DNA of 64,000 nt from Isurus oxyrinchus (Eukaryota), in contig JANJGN010000152.1 in assembly GCA_026770705.1 (NCBI GenBank), forward strand, positions 806,001 to 870,000, read 5' to 3'. How positions within the stretch are numbered: the first letter of the stretch is position 1; each line of letters begins with the position of its first letter. The position numbers were made by a program, and so were the translations under genes. The notes below the pieces were generated by a model. The model saw only the letters and a list, made by a program, of their open reading frames with translations. It searched no databases and had not been told where the DNA came from. Positions 1 to 12,652 of the stretch are shown here, piece after piece.

Positions 1-270
1 CGCCCTCAGGGAATGGTGCAGTCAGAGGTACCGGGTTTCAAATGAGATGTTCAATCGATGGCACTGTTCGCCCTCTCAGCATCATAGATCGCACAGCCAC
101 TTTCTCGAGGACAGGAGAGGAATTGCCCCGGTCAGTCATCATTACTGAAAGAGGTCGGCCATTTATTGAAGTCTTTTACTGGGCAAGAATTGGCTGCTGC
201 CTTCTCTACATTATGTTATAACAGTGACTGTGAAACATTTTGGAACATGAAGAAAAGAATCATATAAATA
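1..270 (+). mobile_element. Deu-domain SINE (AmnSINE/SacSINE-like), 3' part
   Basis: Degenerate match to the Deu-SINE core as I recall it (gagatgtt..aatcga..ccctctcag..ttggctgctgc..tctacatt..acagtgact); related to the minus-strand copy at 26540-26960. Confidence 0.6.
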
Positions 271-448
271 TTGTATTATCTTTTGCTAATATGCCCGCAT
301 TAAGATTGTTTCATGATAACATTATTAAGAATAAAACTATAAATTAGAAATAAATATATAAATGTCACTACGATTTAAGTAAGTAGTTCAGACTCACCTC
401 GATCACAATGCTTGTGCCTTGCTCCGTAATGTTGAGTGTCGTTCTGAC

Positions 449-900
449 AGTTTTCGTATAGGTTCAGCCCTGCTCTGTGTGTCTGTGGGGTACAGCGTGC
501 AGTGATACACCGCAGAGCCTGACAATTCTGTTTTAGACACTTTCATTGAGCTCCGCTGAAAAACGGTCTCCGGGGAATCTCTCTGTGTTAGCCATGTATC
601 TGCTTCTCTTCAGTAGATACTCTGGGAATCCGCTGGGATACTGACGATACCAGAATAGATAAGGATTGATGCTGCTTGTAGCTGTATAATTACAGAGCAG
701 CTGAACATCGTCTCCTTCACTCACTGTGACTGCAGCCGGTGTCTGTGAAACAGAGCCTCCTCCACAATGTCCTATAAGAGCCAAGAGCGATATTCAATTA
801 AACGATGTCACTTCACTATGTCTATGCCCCAAAATCGGCCTGTCACCCGGAACCTGAGAAATAAATCATGGCAGCTAAATAGAAATATATTTCCTGCAGC
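449..900 (-). pseudogene. TCR alpha/delta V pseudogene with 23-RSS
   Basis: V exon 488-771: SVSQTPAAVTVSEGDDVQLLCNY..FWYRQYP..RFSAEL, then a frameshifting deletion before SAVYHC. RSS CACAGAC(481-487)-23-ACGAAAACT(449-457). Probable leader about 853-900 has no ATG. Confidence 0.9.
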
Positions 901-1312
901 TCAGGTGCTGTAAAGGGAAGGTGCTTGGATCGATTCAATAAAACGTTCCTGAGTGAACATTGAGATCAGTTCCTCAACGTCATCTCCGGTGATTTGAAGG
1001 GAAAACTGGGAACAGTCGGAGGGTTTCGTTCGAACTCTTGTATCTGCCAAAGTCTCTCAAGCGCACAAGTGGAGTCTAGGATCCCAGCCCAACTCCTCTG
1101 CTCTCAATCACTCCGGGAATTTCGCCTACTTCTCCCAAGACAGTGTTCCGTGTTGGTACGAGGTGGATCGGGGCGATTTTTCACATTTTGGATCAATCTA
1201 TTCCCCGCCCCACCCCCACCCCCCCGCCCCCCCCCCCCCTGTGTAGACTGAACTACCCAATTAAATGTAATGGTAGGACGGGATGTAAAACGCAGAGTTT
1301 CGCAATTTGTGA

Positions 1313-1560
1313 ACCTATCAACTAAAAGAGCTGCCGCTGTGAAGAATAAGTTCAAAGCAACGGGCGACATGTTTGCAGAGAGCTTGCGGTGGATATGACT
1401 AGAATCGGCTGAAGCTGAAATTATTTTCGCCAAGAATTGGTGAGAAGTTGAGTGACATCCGCATCGCTGCTGATTGGATCATTGCTGACAGCGTCATCAG
1501 GTTATATCCATTCAGCTGAAAACGCCTTTGTTTTCAATTCAATCAATTAGCTCACAGCTC
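1313..1560 (-). pseudogene. Orphan V leader exon and promoter (V exon missing)
   Basis: MSPVALNLFFTAAALLV resembles the leader at 8186-8237; 1310-1800 is homologous to 8180-8700; no V exon downstream. Confidence 0.6.
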
Positions 1561-2029
1561 CTTTGATCTCCGATTCATACAACAGGGAATGAGGCAGGGT
1601 TTATACCCAATGTTGGCCCTATAACGATTCAATCAGTCAGGCGGAGGAAGAGAAGGAAAGCAGTGAATGCTGTTCTACTTTCAGAACCGGAGCCCCAATT
1701 GCTGCTGTCTGACTATGAAGACTCCCCATAGATGATACACGCGGCCACTGGCTCCTGAGGAATTTGAATACAACAAAGCGGCAAATAGAAAAATACCACA
1801 TTTGAAATGAATTCAACGATGGAAGAGGAGTGATTGACTGTTTGACGGATCCAGGGTGTACGAACACCTCATGCGCTCAGTAGTCATGGCTGAATTGATC
1901 ATTAGAAATATTTACAGCTTGCCTATTTTAGCAATTACCATGTTTGCAGAAATTCATTAGTTAACTAGGGCAACCATTGGATTCCACTGGAAATTATTGC
2001 TTGCACTTAAATTTTTGTGATTCAGTGAA

Positions 2030-2350
2030 CTCGTCAAGGTACCTTCGACAGTATGTCTCAAACCCTCAATATTTTCCACCTAAACAAAGAGAATATCAGC
2101 TCCTGCAATTTCTCCTCCCAGCCACATACCATCCTGACGTGGAATTATATCGCCGTTCTTTCATTGTCACTGGGTTAATATACCGGAACTCCCCCCTAAC
2201 ATCACTAACACAACATCCCATCACAACAACAAATGAACCGTAGCGATTCAAGAGGGCGGCTCGCCAGCACTTACTGAAGGGAAATTAATTGATGAGCAAG
2301 AAATGCTGTTCTTGCCAGCGACGCTCAACCACATGAAACAATAAAAAAGA
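2030..2350 (+). mobile_element. CR1-clade LINE 3' fragment
   Basis: Same 3' tail as the LINE at 14520-15640 (tatatcgccgttc..ggaactccc..gccagcgacgct) and an A-rich end. Confidence 0.7.
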
Positions 2351-2540
2351 GGTTTCAACCTTCAACGAATCCCGTGAGCCAAACAAACAGCCAACCCATC
2401 ATCCAAGTGCACCCTGGACTCTGTCGATTGGTCCGTGCCGATTACCTGAATATGTTTAGGTATAAGGAAGGTACTTTACCTGCAATGTTAAATCTGTTAA
2501 TATTTCCACAGATGCTGCCTTTTTCATAATCCACGCTATT

Positions 2541-2557
2541 ACTGCCCTCTGGTGGCC
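2541..2557 (-). promoter_or_regulatory. Candidate CTCF-binding element
   Basis: Minus strand reads GGCCACCAGAGGGCAGT, matching the core CCASYAGRKGGCRS. Confidence 0.65.
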
Positions 2558-3267
2558 CTTACTTAACAATCTTCTCAAACTCAGTTCAGAGAAAGTGGGT
2601 GGCTCAGGGTAATGAACAGCGGAACCTGGCAGATTTTCTATGTAATTGTTTTTTGATGGCGTTCACATCTAGTCTCCGCTAGAAGTTACATCAGCAGGCA
2701 AAGTTCCTGATTTACAAATTGGCGGGAGTAGCTGTATGAGGGTTTAACTGGTTTCCAACATTGTGAGTCTAAGGGAGCAATAATAAACTACAGCTTTGTT
2801 CAGCTGAAGATGCTGAATTTTGTCAAGTTGGCAAGTGTGCACTGTAAACCAGATTTCAGCAAAATGCGCTTTATCTTCAGAGTCGTTTGGATATTTTATC
2901 AGATTAAGCACTGGCTGTGTTTCAGTTTCTGGCTGATAACAGTTGCCTCTCCATGTATTATTATTGGTGCATTTTAAGTTCGCCGGTTATCCTTTCCTTA
3001 CTCCTGAGGACAGCGGCTGCATTACAGAACCTCCGTGACTCAGACCTGATAAAGACGCTACAACAGGAAAAGATAAAACAGACGGGTAGCTTTGCCTGGA
3101 TGAAGTAAACTTATGAAAATCAGATTCCTCACCACCAGGTGCCGTCTAAACTAAAAACATGAATAAGTATAAATGCAGTAGAGTTTCGAACCGGAAATTG
3201 TTGAACTCACTCCTGAGTTCCGAAGGCGAACAAGTGTTGTAAAGAAGCACCCTGTAGTGCAATGTCG

Positions 3268-3286
3268 CCGCCACCAGAAGGTAGTG
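3268..3286 (+). promoter_or_regulatory. Candidate CTCF element upstream of an intronless V
   Basis: CCGCCACCAGAAGGTAGTG; paralogous to 54275-54293; about 800 bp upstream of the ATG at 4082. Confidence 0.5.
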
Positions 3287-4081
3287 AGATATCATGTTGT
3301 TTTCAATGACAGGGCAATTCCAGACTCACAATTGTCCAGTCACTTCATTGAGAAAATGTGATTAAACGAACAAATGACGAAATAGAGGCATTAATTTAAC
3401 GCTGGTGGCCAACTTGTATTTGTTTTAGCGAAATATACTTTTATGAGTTGCCAATGTTGGTGTGTTGCAAATATCCAACAGAAAATTTTGCACTGCATCC
3501 ATGTGGGGCAGCACACGAGTTTAAACTATAAAATGAGCTTTTGAGACGCATGTCAAGAGAGATTCCTGTTGTCACACTGAAAGTGATCACACTGTGGAAT
3601 AAAGATTCAACTAGAATGAGGGAGGAAGATACACTGGGATCGTTGAATGCTGCAATTGAAAGCGAGGTACAGGGCCTCTCCAGATAGGGGTGCTATACAA
3701 GGACGAAGGGAATAGCTGTTCTCATTTACAACTCTCCTGTGAAATGCAGATTGGCGGGAATTGACTTGAACGATTGTACCATGCAGTTACCAATGCACAC
3801 CATCAGAGAGCAGTGTGAATCTTTGAGAAATATTGAATGTGTGCGGCCCGGTATGAACTCACAGAATACGTTAGCCGGAGTCAGTGTGAAATATTGAATA
3901 TGGGCGAGTCAATCCCAAGACCCGGTCTCTTTAGTTAATTCAACAGAAGATTCCCTCTGAATAGGACCTGAAGCTGGTGTTTTGCTCCTTGTTAATTCTT
4001 CTGAATATAATATTCATCTCCCGGCTCTAACTCCGAAGTCAATGGACAATTTGTCCAGCTGGTGTTTCATGTGCTCTGATA

Positions 4082-4431
4082 ATGCTCCGGATTTACAGAG
4101 CCTGTTTGCTGTTTTCCACCCTGATCTGCACGGATGTGACATGTGAAGATGAGATGATGCAAACCCCTGGGCGGGTGATTGTTAGTGAAACGGGAATCAT
4201 GTTTATGAACTGCACCATCACTATTGCATTTGACATTGTGCGTTGGTAAAGACAACCCCCAAATCAGCTGCCCCAGCATCTGGTGATGGCAACAAGAGGA
4301 GCCAATCAACGCGATCAATCGTTGTAGACAACAAGCTCAGTGTCCTGACTGTGAGGGGCGCCCGGGTTACAGACACGGCCACTTATTTGTGCGCTGTAAA
4401 CCACAGTACAACGAGCATATGTACAGAAACC
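4082..4431 (+). pseudogene. Single-exon leader+V pseudogene (intronless family copy 1)
   Basis: MLRIYRACLLFSTLICTDVTCEDEMMQTPGRV..MNC..VRW* (TAA 4247-4249)..DTATYLCAVN. RSS CACAGTA-14-ACAGAAACC. Confidence 0.9.
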
Positions 4432-5399
4432 TGCGCCTTCTGGGAGAGCCGCTCTGTTGTTATCGGAGGATCAGCGTTTCCAGTATCTCAAGATTTACAA
4501 GGGGGTGAGAAATGAGCAGAGTTGGAAACATAAACGCAGAAAAAGCCAGAATGAGTGAGAGAAAAACAGAAAGCTAAAAAGTGCAGTAATAGAACATGAC
4601 GAGAACAGAATTTTAGGAATCTATAGAAAGTGCAAAATAACGAGTGTAATATGCAGAGATTTTAGGTCTGGGAAAATCATAAATCAAGTGAATCATAAAT
4701 AAAGTAAGAAGCCCTTTCCTTTAACATCCCTCATATTTCCCTGATAACGTTACGAAGAGAGCAGCTGAGAAACTAACATGCCAATTATTTATCACTGTGA
4801 ACCTGACTTCAGTGTTCAGGGCCACCAATGGTAACAAGAGAACTGAAAACTATTGAATAAAACAGCAGATCAAATGTAGAATACTAAAAACTCTTGACCA
4901 TTCAGATCACTCAGGAACGCATTGACCTGTTGGTCACTTTCAGATGTTCATTGTATTTCGTTACATTTTCTAATGTATCTGGATTTTTATCCTCTGTAAC
5001 TTTTTTGTGTTATGACTGCCTTACAACATCTCGTCTCCATTGCTCATACCACAACGATCAAGAAATGACAAAGAAAAATAGTAATAACTGAAAATATCTA
5101 TGTTAATGCTGCCATATTACATTTCCTTCATAATCTATTGTTGGAAACCGATGCTCATGTTACAAACAGCAAGAGGAACTTGGTTGAACTCACATATTTC
5201 ATCATGTCTTATCTCCCCAATCGGTATAATTGCCATAGTGTAGCTTCTGTTTGCTTTCTCTGAAAAAAGCTAGTCAAAAGCCCAGCTGTGCCGAATGTGG
5301 GTAAAGAGACGATGGGAGGAGAGAGGCTGAGCAGGGTAATGAAGCAAATGGTCTTAAAGGTGAAGGCGAGCTGCTTTCATCCCAGCCCTATGTTCTTAG

Positions 5400-6145
5400 T
5401 TTTATTGTACCTATTTTCTTGTTATGGACAATTATGGCAAGGCCAGCATATATTATCCATCCCTAATTTCACATAAGAATATTGTGCTGAAGCTTCACCT
5501 TGAACTGCCAGAACATGCATCATGAAGGTTTTCCTCCAGTGCTATTCTGGAGATAGTTTCGGGAATTTAGCCGAGAGCCAACACAAGGAACTCCAGCTTG
5601 TGCCGGGATTAGCATTGGGTGTGATACATAGAATTGCTGGATAATACAGCACAGGAGGAGGTCATTCGGCCAAACGTTCCCGTGCTTTCCAGTCTGCAAT
5701 AGCTATCCGATAAGAACAACTACATGGCCTTTCCCCCTAGGCCTGCAGTTTACCTTTTTCAAATATGAATCAATTACTTATTATTGTATCTGCTCCCACC
5801 GCCTTTCAGGCAGTGCTTTCAAGATCATCGCAACTCACTTTGAAATTAATCATAAATTACCCCTGGATTTTTCTGTTAATTACCTTGAATCAGTATCCTC
5901 CCAACGGCGTTCCTGCTGCGTGCAGGAATAATTTTTCCTCATCTACGTTTTGATATCCTTTCATAAATTTGGTCCCCCCAATTAGTATTCCACTTAATCT
6001 CCACTGTTCCGAGGAAAACAATTCAGTTTCTCTACTCATTTCGCGTAACTGATGTCCATGATCCTTGACGCCATTGTGGCAGAACATGGAAACATATGTT
6101 TTTTCATCATTTTCCCAATGAAAGATTTTATTTTTCACTGTGGCA
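5400..6145 (-). mobile_element. Degenerate CR1 LINE fragments of two subfamilies
   Basis: Similar to the 3' regions of the LINEs at 14520-15640 and 60759-63294 (LFSSEQWRLSG.LI). Confidence 0.6.
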
Positions 6146-6159
6146 GATGCCTTTGCTTA

Positions 6160-6325
6160 ACTCAGTAGGTCTGACAGCATCTGCGGGGAGGAATAGAGTT
6201 GACGTTTCGGACCGACTCGAAACGTCAATTGTATTTCTTTCCGCAGGTGCTGTCAGACCTGCTGAGTTTTTCCAGGTATTTTTGTTTTTGTTTCAGATTT
6301 CCGGCATCTGCAGCATTTTGCTTTT
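6160..6325. mobile_element. Penelope-like terminal fragments joined as an inverted repeat
   Basis: ctcagtaggtctgacagcatctgcgg..gttgacgtttcg / cgaaacgtcaat..ccgcaggtgctgtcagacctgctgag; same sequence as the element ends at 29189 and 31446. Confidence 0.8.
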
Positions 6326-6469
6326 ACCTTTGCTTAACTATTTGCCTGCAGTTTGATGATGTTTTTGCACGGACTGGAGCGGCGTTGAAGCTCCCAGACT
6401 CTCAATCTGCAGAAATAGAATGTGTTGCCTTTCGCCTCCGCTGTAGAAATTGACAAATGGATAAAATGT

Positions 6470-6827
6470 TAATGAGCATGATGACAAGCATCGAATTTCC
6501 CTTTCGCAAACTCGCAATCCGTGCAATATCACGGAACAATATAAACTGGGATGTCTGGTTCGGGTACAGCCGGTACCAGAGCGATCCGGATCATCAGAAC
6601 TGGAACTGTAATTACAGTTCAATTGCGGATTATCTCCCTCAGATAACTTCAACTCACGTTGACGCTGCGTTACCCAGCTCCGACGGATTTTGCCTGGAGA
6701 ATAGCATAGAAAATATTAGTTAACACACTTACAGATTATGAGCATTCCACCCAACGTGGGGAACATCAATCACAACCTACCTATTACAAGGGGCATTGGA
6801 GCATTCAGGCCAGAGAATAGAAAGCAT
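6470..6827 (-). pseudogene. Degenerate TCR V pseudogene
   Basis: Acceptor ctccag, then WVTQRQRELKLSEGDNPQLNCNYSSSS, frameshift, WYRLYPNQTSQFILF; 3' end lost. Confidence 0.75.
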
Positions 6828-6954
6828 CTCAGTAATTAAATATTGCAGGAGGCAGCATGTAAATTCACATCAACACAGGATGCCCCAATATACTTTTAAA
6901 AAGGACATGAGGAACATGTCAACAGCAACATCTCTAAAGTGCTGGATATATATT

Positions 6955-7205
6955 GCGGACTTACGAAGGGCAGACAATAATACTGAACTGCAGTTACGCA
7001 ACAAAATACACTATATCAACGCTCTTTTGGTACATCCAGTATCGCGGGGAAGTTCCTAGGTATTTACTGAAGGGTTATAACTAGGGGAAGGGATTGTTTC
7101 TCCAGATTTCCCTGACCGGTTTTCCGCTGAATTGGACCAAGACAAGAAAACACTTCCTTTAAATATCGCTGGGGCTCGTGTCTCTGCCGTGTATCAATGT
7201 CGACC
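6955..7205 (+). pseudogene. Truncated TCR V pseudogene
   Basis: EGQTIILNCSYATKYTISTLFWYIQYRGEVPRYLLKGYN*..PDFPDRFSAELDQDKKTLPLNIAG..AVYQC; no recognisable RSS. Confidence 0.85.
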
Positions 7206-7725
7206 AGAATTGTTACCGGTTGGTCTGTAAAACGACAGAACGCACAAGCCAAATTGAAAAAGAATGCATTCGGAATTTTGCTGGAAGCACTTCGGCAAAT
7301 CTGAACACAGGGCGCAGGACTTTATGTAAATGCAAAGCCTGTTCTTCTTTTCCTGAGCGACCCGCAGTGTTACATACCTGCTGCTGCATTTTCTTATTGT
7401 GTGTACCTCCTGTAACGGCCAGAACACACTCTCAAATACTTTGCTGAGCATTTCTGCCCTAAGACCTTTAATTTTCAAAATTTTACGAAATCTCTAAACA
7501 CATTTTTGCATTATGTTCAGAATATATTGGATGTAAATGGAACAGAGCAGGCCTTCTCCAATGCTGCATGTGCTACTCTCGGCTTGTTACTTATATGAAA
7601 TCAGCTCGATATACTGATAATTTAATGAAGTTCTGGTTTCTCCACAGTATGCCGCCTATTCTATTCACCTTATCACATTGCGGCAGTGTTTTGGTACGGG
7701 GCTCCCTCTGGTTCCTGTCACTGTG

Positions 7726-8237
7726 TCTCTCAGCCCGCAGTAATACACCGCGCTGTCAGACAGCAGCAAGTCACGGATGGTGAAATTCCCCTCACTTTTC
7801 GAAGTGTCGATCGATGCAGAAAATCGAATCCCTATGCCCTCTGCTCTGACAACATCCCCGTAGTTAGGGATGTAGATCAAGAATTTGGGAGCTTTATCCT
7901 GGTCCTGACGGTACAGTTGTAAGGAATATGAGCTATAAGTGCCCGAGTAGCTATAATTAATGGTCACCGAATGTCCTTCGAAATGTTTCGCTATAAGCGG
8001 CTCCTGTGATACCGACTCTGCACCATTAACACCTGTAGAAATTTAGAAATACAGAACGTTAAGCTTTTATCATCATTTTAATATACTTAATATCATCAGG
8101 TGACGGGGCATATTAGAAACAGAGACAAAACATAGTGAACATAGAACACATTGCCTGCAAGGAGATTTTGCAGCTGTAAGCTTACCAGTTACGAGAGCTG
8201 CAGTTGTGAGGAACGAATAAAAAGTAATAACCGACAT
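7726..8237 (-). CDS. TCR V segment with an open frame but lacking the first Cys and the core Trp (leader 8186-8237, V exon 7726-8032)
   Basis: MSVITFYSFLTTAALVT/GVNGAESVSQEP..VTINYSY..LQLYRQ..DSAVYYCGLR; GT-AG phase-1 intron; RSS CACAGTG(7719-7725)-23-ACCAAAACA(7687-7695). Confidence 0.85.
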
Positions 8238-9127
8238 GCTTGCAGACAGTTGAAGCCGGATTTGAATAGAACCTGAAATTGTTTTCGTGAAGAGTTGGGT
8301 TAACGTTGAGCAACATCCGGTGTCTCTGCCGATTGGTTCATTCCTGACAGAGTCAGCAGGTGGACCAATCAAATCCTTTATCCTGTTATTCGTCCAATCA
8401 GCTGAGAGCTCCTTTATCCTCCAAGTTATGACATCCGAGCGGCCAGCAATCAATGGAACAGGGAACTGGACAGGAATTCAACACAATGTTGTCCCTCCAA
8501 CTGTTTCAGTCTCTGAGGTGGATGGAGTGAAGGGAAATAGTCCATATTGTGCTGGTAGCAGTGCCGGAGCCTCCCATTAAAAGAGCTGATCAGTGCAGCT
8601 ACCCACAGCTAATAGAAATGTTGGTATAGAGGACCAGTGTACCCAGAAGAATTTGAATAAAATGCCGTGTTGAATTAGACAAACACCAAATAATATAAAG
8701 GTGGGTATAGAGGACCAGTGCGCTCTGAAGGCTTTGACTAAAGCGACATGGTCACTTAGACCAATTCCACTTATCATATGAATGAAATGGGGGCTGCCTG
8801 ACTGACAGGCTTGAGCAGAATGGGAGAGTGCAAGCTACAGATGAGATCAGAGAAACTGTGGGGATCTGCTCAGTGAAATATTTTTACCATACCTTTACAT
8901 TACAATATCTCGATTGTTCATCGTAACAATTATAATAAAACAACGTGTACTTGAAATGAATGCCTCTATTTCAGAATATGTTTCTTTCATTCTTTTTCTA
9001 AATGAAATAACTGAATAATGTTTCAAACATGTAAAGGAGCAATTTTTGGAGGTTTGGGGAAAGAGCGGAGACGTGGGATTAATTGGATAGCCCATGCGAA
9101 GAGTAAACTCAAGCACAATGGGGCAAA

Positions 9128-9242
9128 ATGACTCGGCCTCTGCTGTATGGTGCGTTGTTGGACTCCTCCTCTGCTTTATGGTGTATTGTTCGACTCCTCC
9201 TCTGCTGTATGGTGTATTGATGGACTCCTCCGCTGCTGTACT
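9128..9242. repeat. About 31-bp minisatellite, 3-4 copies
   Basis: gactcctcctctgctgtatggtgtattg repeated. Confidence 0.8.
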
Positions 9243-9504
9243 TGTTCATTGATCTCCGCCTGCAACTGAAGTGATTGAACCAAACACTGTTGCCAGCTCA
9301 GACCTGCAGCAACATCGCGGTGATTAATTTGATTTGGTTTATCATTCCCAGCTGATGGTTAACAACATGAAGAGAAAACGATAGCAGTTAAACAGTAACA
9401 GGCTTCAGCCATCCTATTAACCCTGTCCCTGCAGAATGGATGGCGTCTGTGGACCTGTAGTTCACAAAGGAGTCAGCACACTGAGGAGAGCAGTGGCCGT
9501 TGTG

Positions 9505-9827
9505 GAGGTTGTCAGCTCGGAATGGTTGTTTTATCTCTCAGTGCCTCAATGCACAGTAATACACCCCAGCTTCTGGGTCCACGGTGCTGTCCGTACCGGG
9601 AATGTAATAACTTCTTGTTGGGTAAATGAATATGTTGAAGAATCTGCCTGTGGTGCATCTGCTAACAGCTGACCTGATAAATTACAGGCCACGATTCTGT
9701 CGTATTCTGTACCAGTGAATACTCTCAGGGGCCCTGGTGATTGCATTTTACTGCAATTCAATCGATTGTCCCTCTTCTGTAAAGATCCGCTGTGACTGGT
9801 TGATCACAGTCTCTCCGCTGATAACTT
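9505..9827 (-). pseudogene. TCR V pseudogene
   Basis: ETVINQSQRIFTEEGQSIELQ*..IHWYRI..AGVYYCALR, two stops; weak heptamer CACTGAG (9537-9543); paralog at 55775-56025. Confidence 0.85.
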
Positions 9828-10799
9828 CTGATATAGAAGATAAGAAACATGTTCTAATGGCAAAAACTATTCTCCACAAAATCCTCACCTAAAATCAAAA
9901 CCAGAAGCTGTAATTCCATTCATTGTGTTTTGCTGGTTTCTGCACTCGCTGGATCAGGAATATTGCTGGAGAATTGGTTTAATTTGGGGTCATTGAGATT
10001 TACAATCAAATATATTGTTTTGATAAACATATTTCACATCGTCAACGAGAGCAAGGGAACAATCGAACGCTGATATATTTTTCGCACTGACATGCCCTCT
10101 GGAGCCAGGTTTCACATTTTCCTTTTCAGTAAAAGATACATCTATCTCCTATAGCTCAGGAAAGGCTGTTGGGCCAACTCGGAGTTCCAAAGAAGAGTTA
10201 AATTCGAATCAAAGCTTTAACCTGTTTCCCTTTCCACAGATGCTTCCAGACCTGCCGTGTCTTAAAGCACTTTTAAAATTTTATGTTAGAGCATCCACAG
10301 TATACTTTTATACAAGGATAGGCAAATATTGTGTCTGATGGGGACTGATCACATCAAATGGTTTGATGCTCCGATTTATGATGAATGTAATTGGAGCCTG
10401 GAAAATGAGTAGAAACCGCATTTGGTTTTGGAAACGAATGTCCTGATATAAAATAGAGAGATTTAGAGGCCTGTTATGGCCAGGAATGTACATGTCTTGT
10501 GTTGTTGCTGCGCCCATTTGACTGATCTCCTTTTCTGCAACAGTAACAGACATCTAATCCTGAAGAGTCCCCAGGGAATTTAATGCAAAAACAACACTTG
10601 GATATTTTCAATGAATCAAATAATCACGAAGGGCTAGGGCAACGCCTGGGCAGCTAAGTACTTGTTCTTCAAACGTGTTTGTAAGTGACAGACTGAGGGA
10701 CGAGCACATTGAGAGACAGAGAGGAAGAAAATGAAGGAAGAAAGATACAAATGAAGGAGAGACATTGAGATAAACCACAGAGAGAGAGAAGGAGAGAGG

Positions 10800-11163
10800 C
10801 GATGGCGTAGTCGCTGAACGAGTAATCCAGAGGACGAGGGTCTCCCCTGGTGATGCTCTGAGGATGCGGGTTAGAACCTCGCTATGGCAGATGGTGGAAT
10901 TTGAATTCAATAAAAAATTCTTGAATCAAACGTCTAATGATGACCATGAAACCACTGTTGATTGTCATAAAAAACCCATCTGGTTCACTATGTCCTTTAG
11001 GGAAGGAAGTCTGCTGCCCTTACCTGGTCTGGCCTATATGTGACTCCAGACCTGCAACAATGCAGTTGATTCATAAATTCCCTCTCAACAAGGGCAATTA
11101 GGGATAAGCAATAAATTCTGGCTTGCCAGCGATGCTCACATCTCATCAATGATTAAATAAAAA
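10800..11163 (+). mobile_element. tRNA-derived SINE with a CR1-type 3' tail
   Basis: Pol III-like head, and tail agggcaattagggat..gccagcga shared with the CR1 fragments; copies at 27240-27600, 35545-35790 and 57088-57450. Confidence 0.75.
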
Positions 11164-12201
11164 GATGAAGGTTCAGTAATGGGAACATATGCAGCAAGAT
11201 GAACAATATTCTAAATGGAAGCAGGAATTCTAGGAAGGGAAAGAAAAATAACATAATGTTGCACGTAATAGGGAAAGGATGATTTCCCAGAGCTACTTGA
11301 CCTCCTGGATTACGAGACCAGTCTCATAAACACCATGTTATCGTGCCCATACCCGCTGCAATAAACGCACAGAGACGACCAGGGAGCTCCAGTTAAAGGA
11401 ACACGATACTGTTACATTATTATATCACATTTCTCGCGTTCTTCTTCTTGTTAATATAATGCATTTTAGTGCAGGCGACCTTATACACGCGGGCTAATTC
11501 AAGCTTTATTTTAAATCCTGGCGATTCCATTGTTTATTTCAATATCTCAACCATTACTGGTTAAAATAAGCCTGTTTTAAACAATTTGAAACAACTGAGA
11601 TTCCAATAGGATGCCGAGTCTCAAATATCAACACAGAAAAATGATGCCAATAGGGCGCCTGCTATATTTGGGATTTAAATATAACTGTTTTAATTTTAAT
11701 GCTGCCTCTGAGCTACGGTTAAATAATTTATCGACTGTAACTGCTCCTATGAAGTGAGCACTTTTCTGAACTCATTGAAATGGGACACTGGGATAAATTG
11801 GAGTTTCTGCACTCTGAACCTCAGGCAAAACGGGAAAAACAGAAAGAGGCAGAGAAAGTGTTTGTCAGAAAGGGTCAGAAACAGAGAAAGGGGATATGGA
11901 TCCATGGAGACTGAAAGGCAAAATGAGACAGAGAGATCACGAAACCAAGAATGATCCGGAGAGGCCGAGAAAGACAGGGAGGAGAAAGTCAGAAGAAATA
12001 ATCTGTCCACAGCGAACATTGATTGGCGCTCAACTGTCATCAGTTCTGAGAGACCAGCCAATCTTGTCGCTGGGACACGCCCCTAAGTTTCTCAATAAGT
12101 GAAGCCTGCCCCTGATCCGACTTTCCTCTTTACAATCAGAACAGAAGTGTCAACATATTTCCAATTATATCTTACATCTTCCAAACTCTAATCCTGTCAT
12201 C

Positions 12202-12652
12202 CTGTATTCCCCATGTTCCTTACTGCTAATAATGGCTTGCTGCCCGGTGAGTCAATGCTTAAATGGTCAGTGTCCATTACTTGCGTTATCTTTACTCCCA
12301 GATATTTGATACATTCTGTGCTTTGTTGCAGGAACAAATGGTAAAGATTCAGTTTCCCAAGATCCCCCTGAGTTAACGGTTCTGGAAGGACAGAGCATAA
12401 AACTGGACTGTAATTACTCGACAGCTGCTGTTTCAACTCTGTTCTGGTACATCCAGTATCCCGGGGAAGCTCCGAGATATTTAATGAAGATATATCGCTT
12501 AGGGGATGCAGAGAAGTCTCCAGATTCCCCAGACAGGTTCTCAGCTGTTTTGCACAAAGGAAATAAAATGATTCCTTTAAATATCGCAGGGGTTCTCCTC
12601 TCCGACAGTGCCATATAGTTCTGTGCCATGCTGCAGAGATACAGCGGATCCC
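12202..12652 (+). pseudogene. TCR V pseudogene with heptamer and nonamer deleted
   Basis: Exon from 12332: DSVSQDPPELTVLEGQSIKLDCNYSTAAVSTLFWYIQYPGEAPRY..DSAI*FCAM; damaged leader; only the RSS spacer remains. Confidence 0.9.

Noticed and set aside
1665-1715. WGSGS-like motif on the minus strand suggesting a J segment or a germline-joined VJ
   Set aside because: No 12-RSS or splice donor; the region is homologous to non-coding 8530-8580
2800-2990. Possible V relic (PDFSKMRF..MYYYWC)
   Set aside because: No consistent frame, WYRQ motif or RSS
9128-9242. CRISPR-like periodic repeat
   Set aside because: Vertebrate minisatellite with no unique spacers
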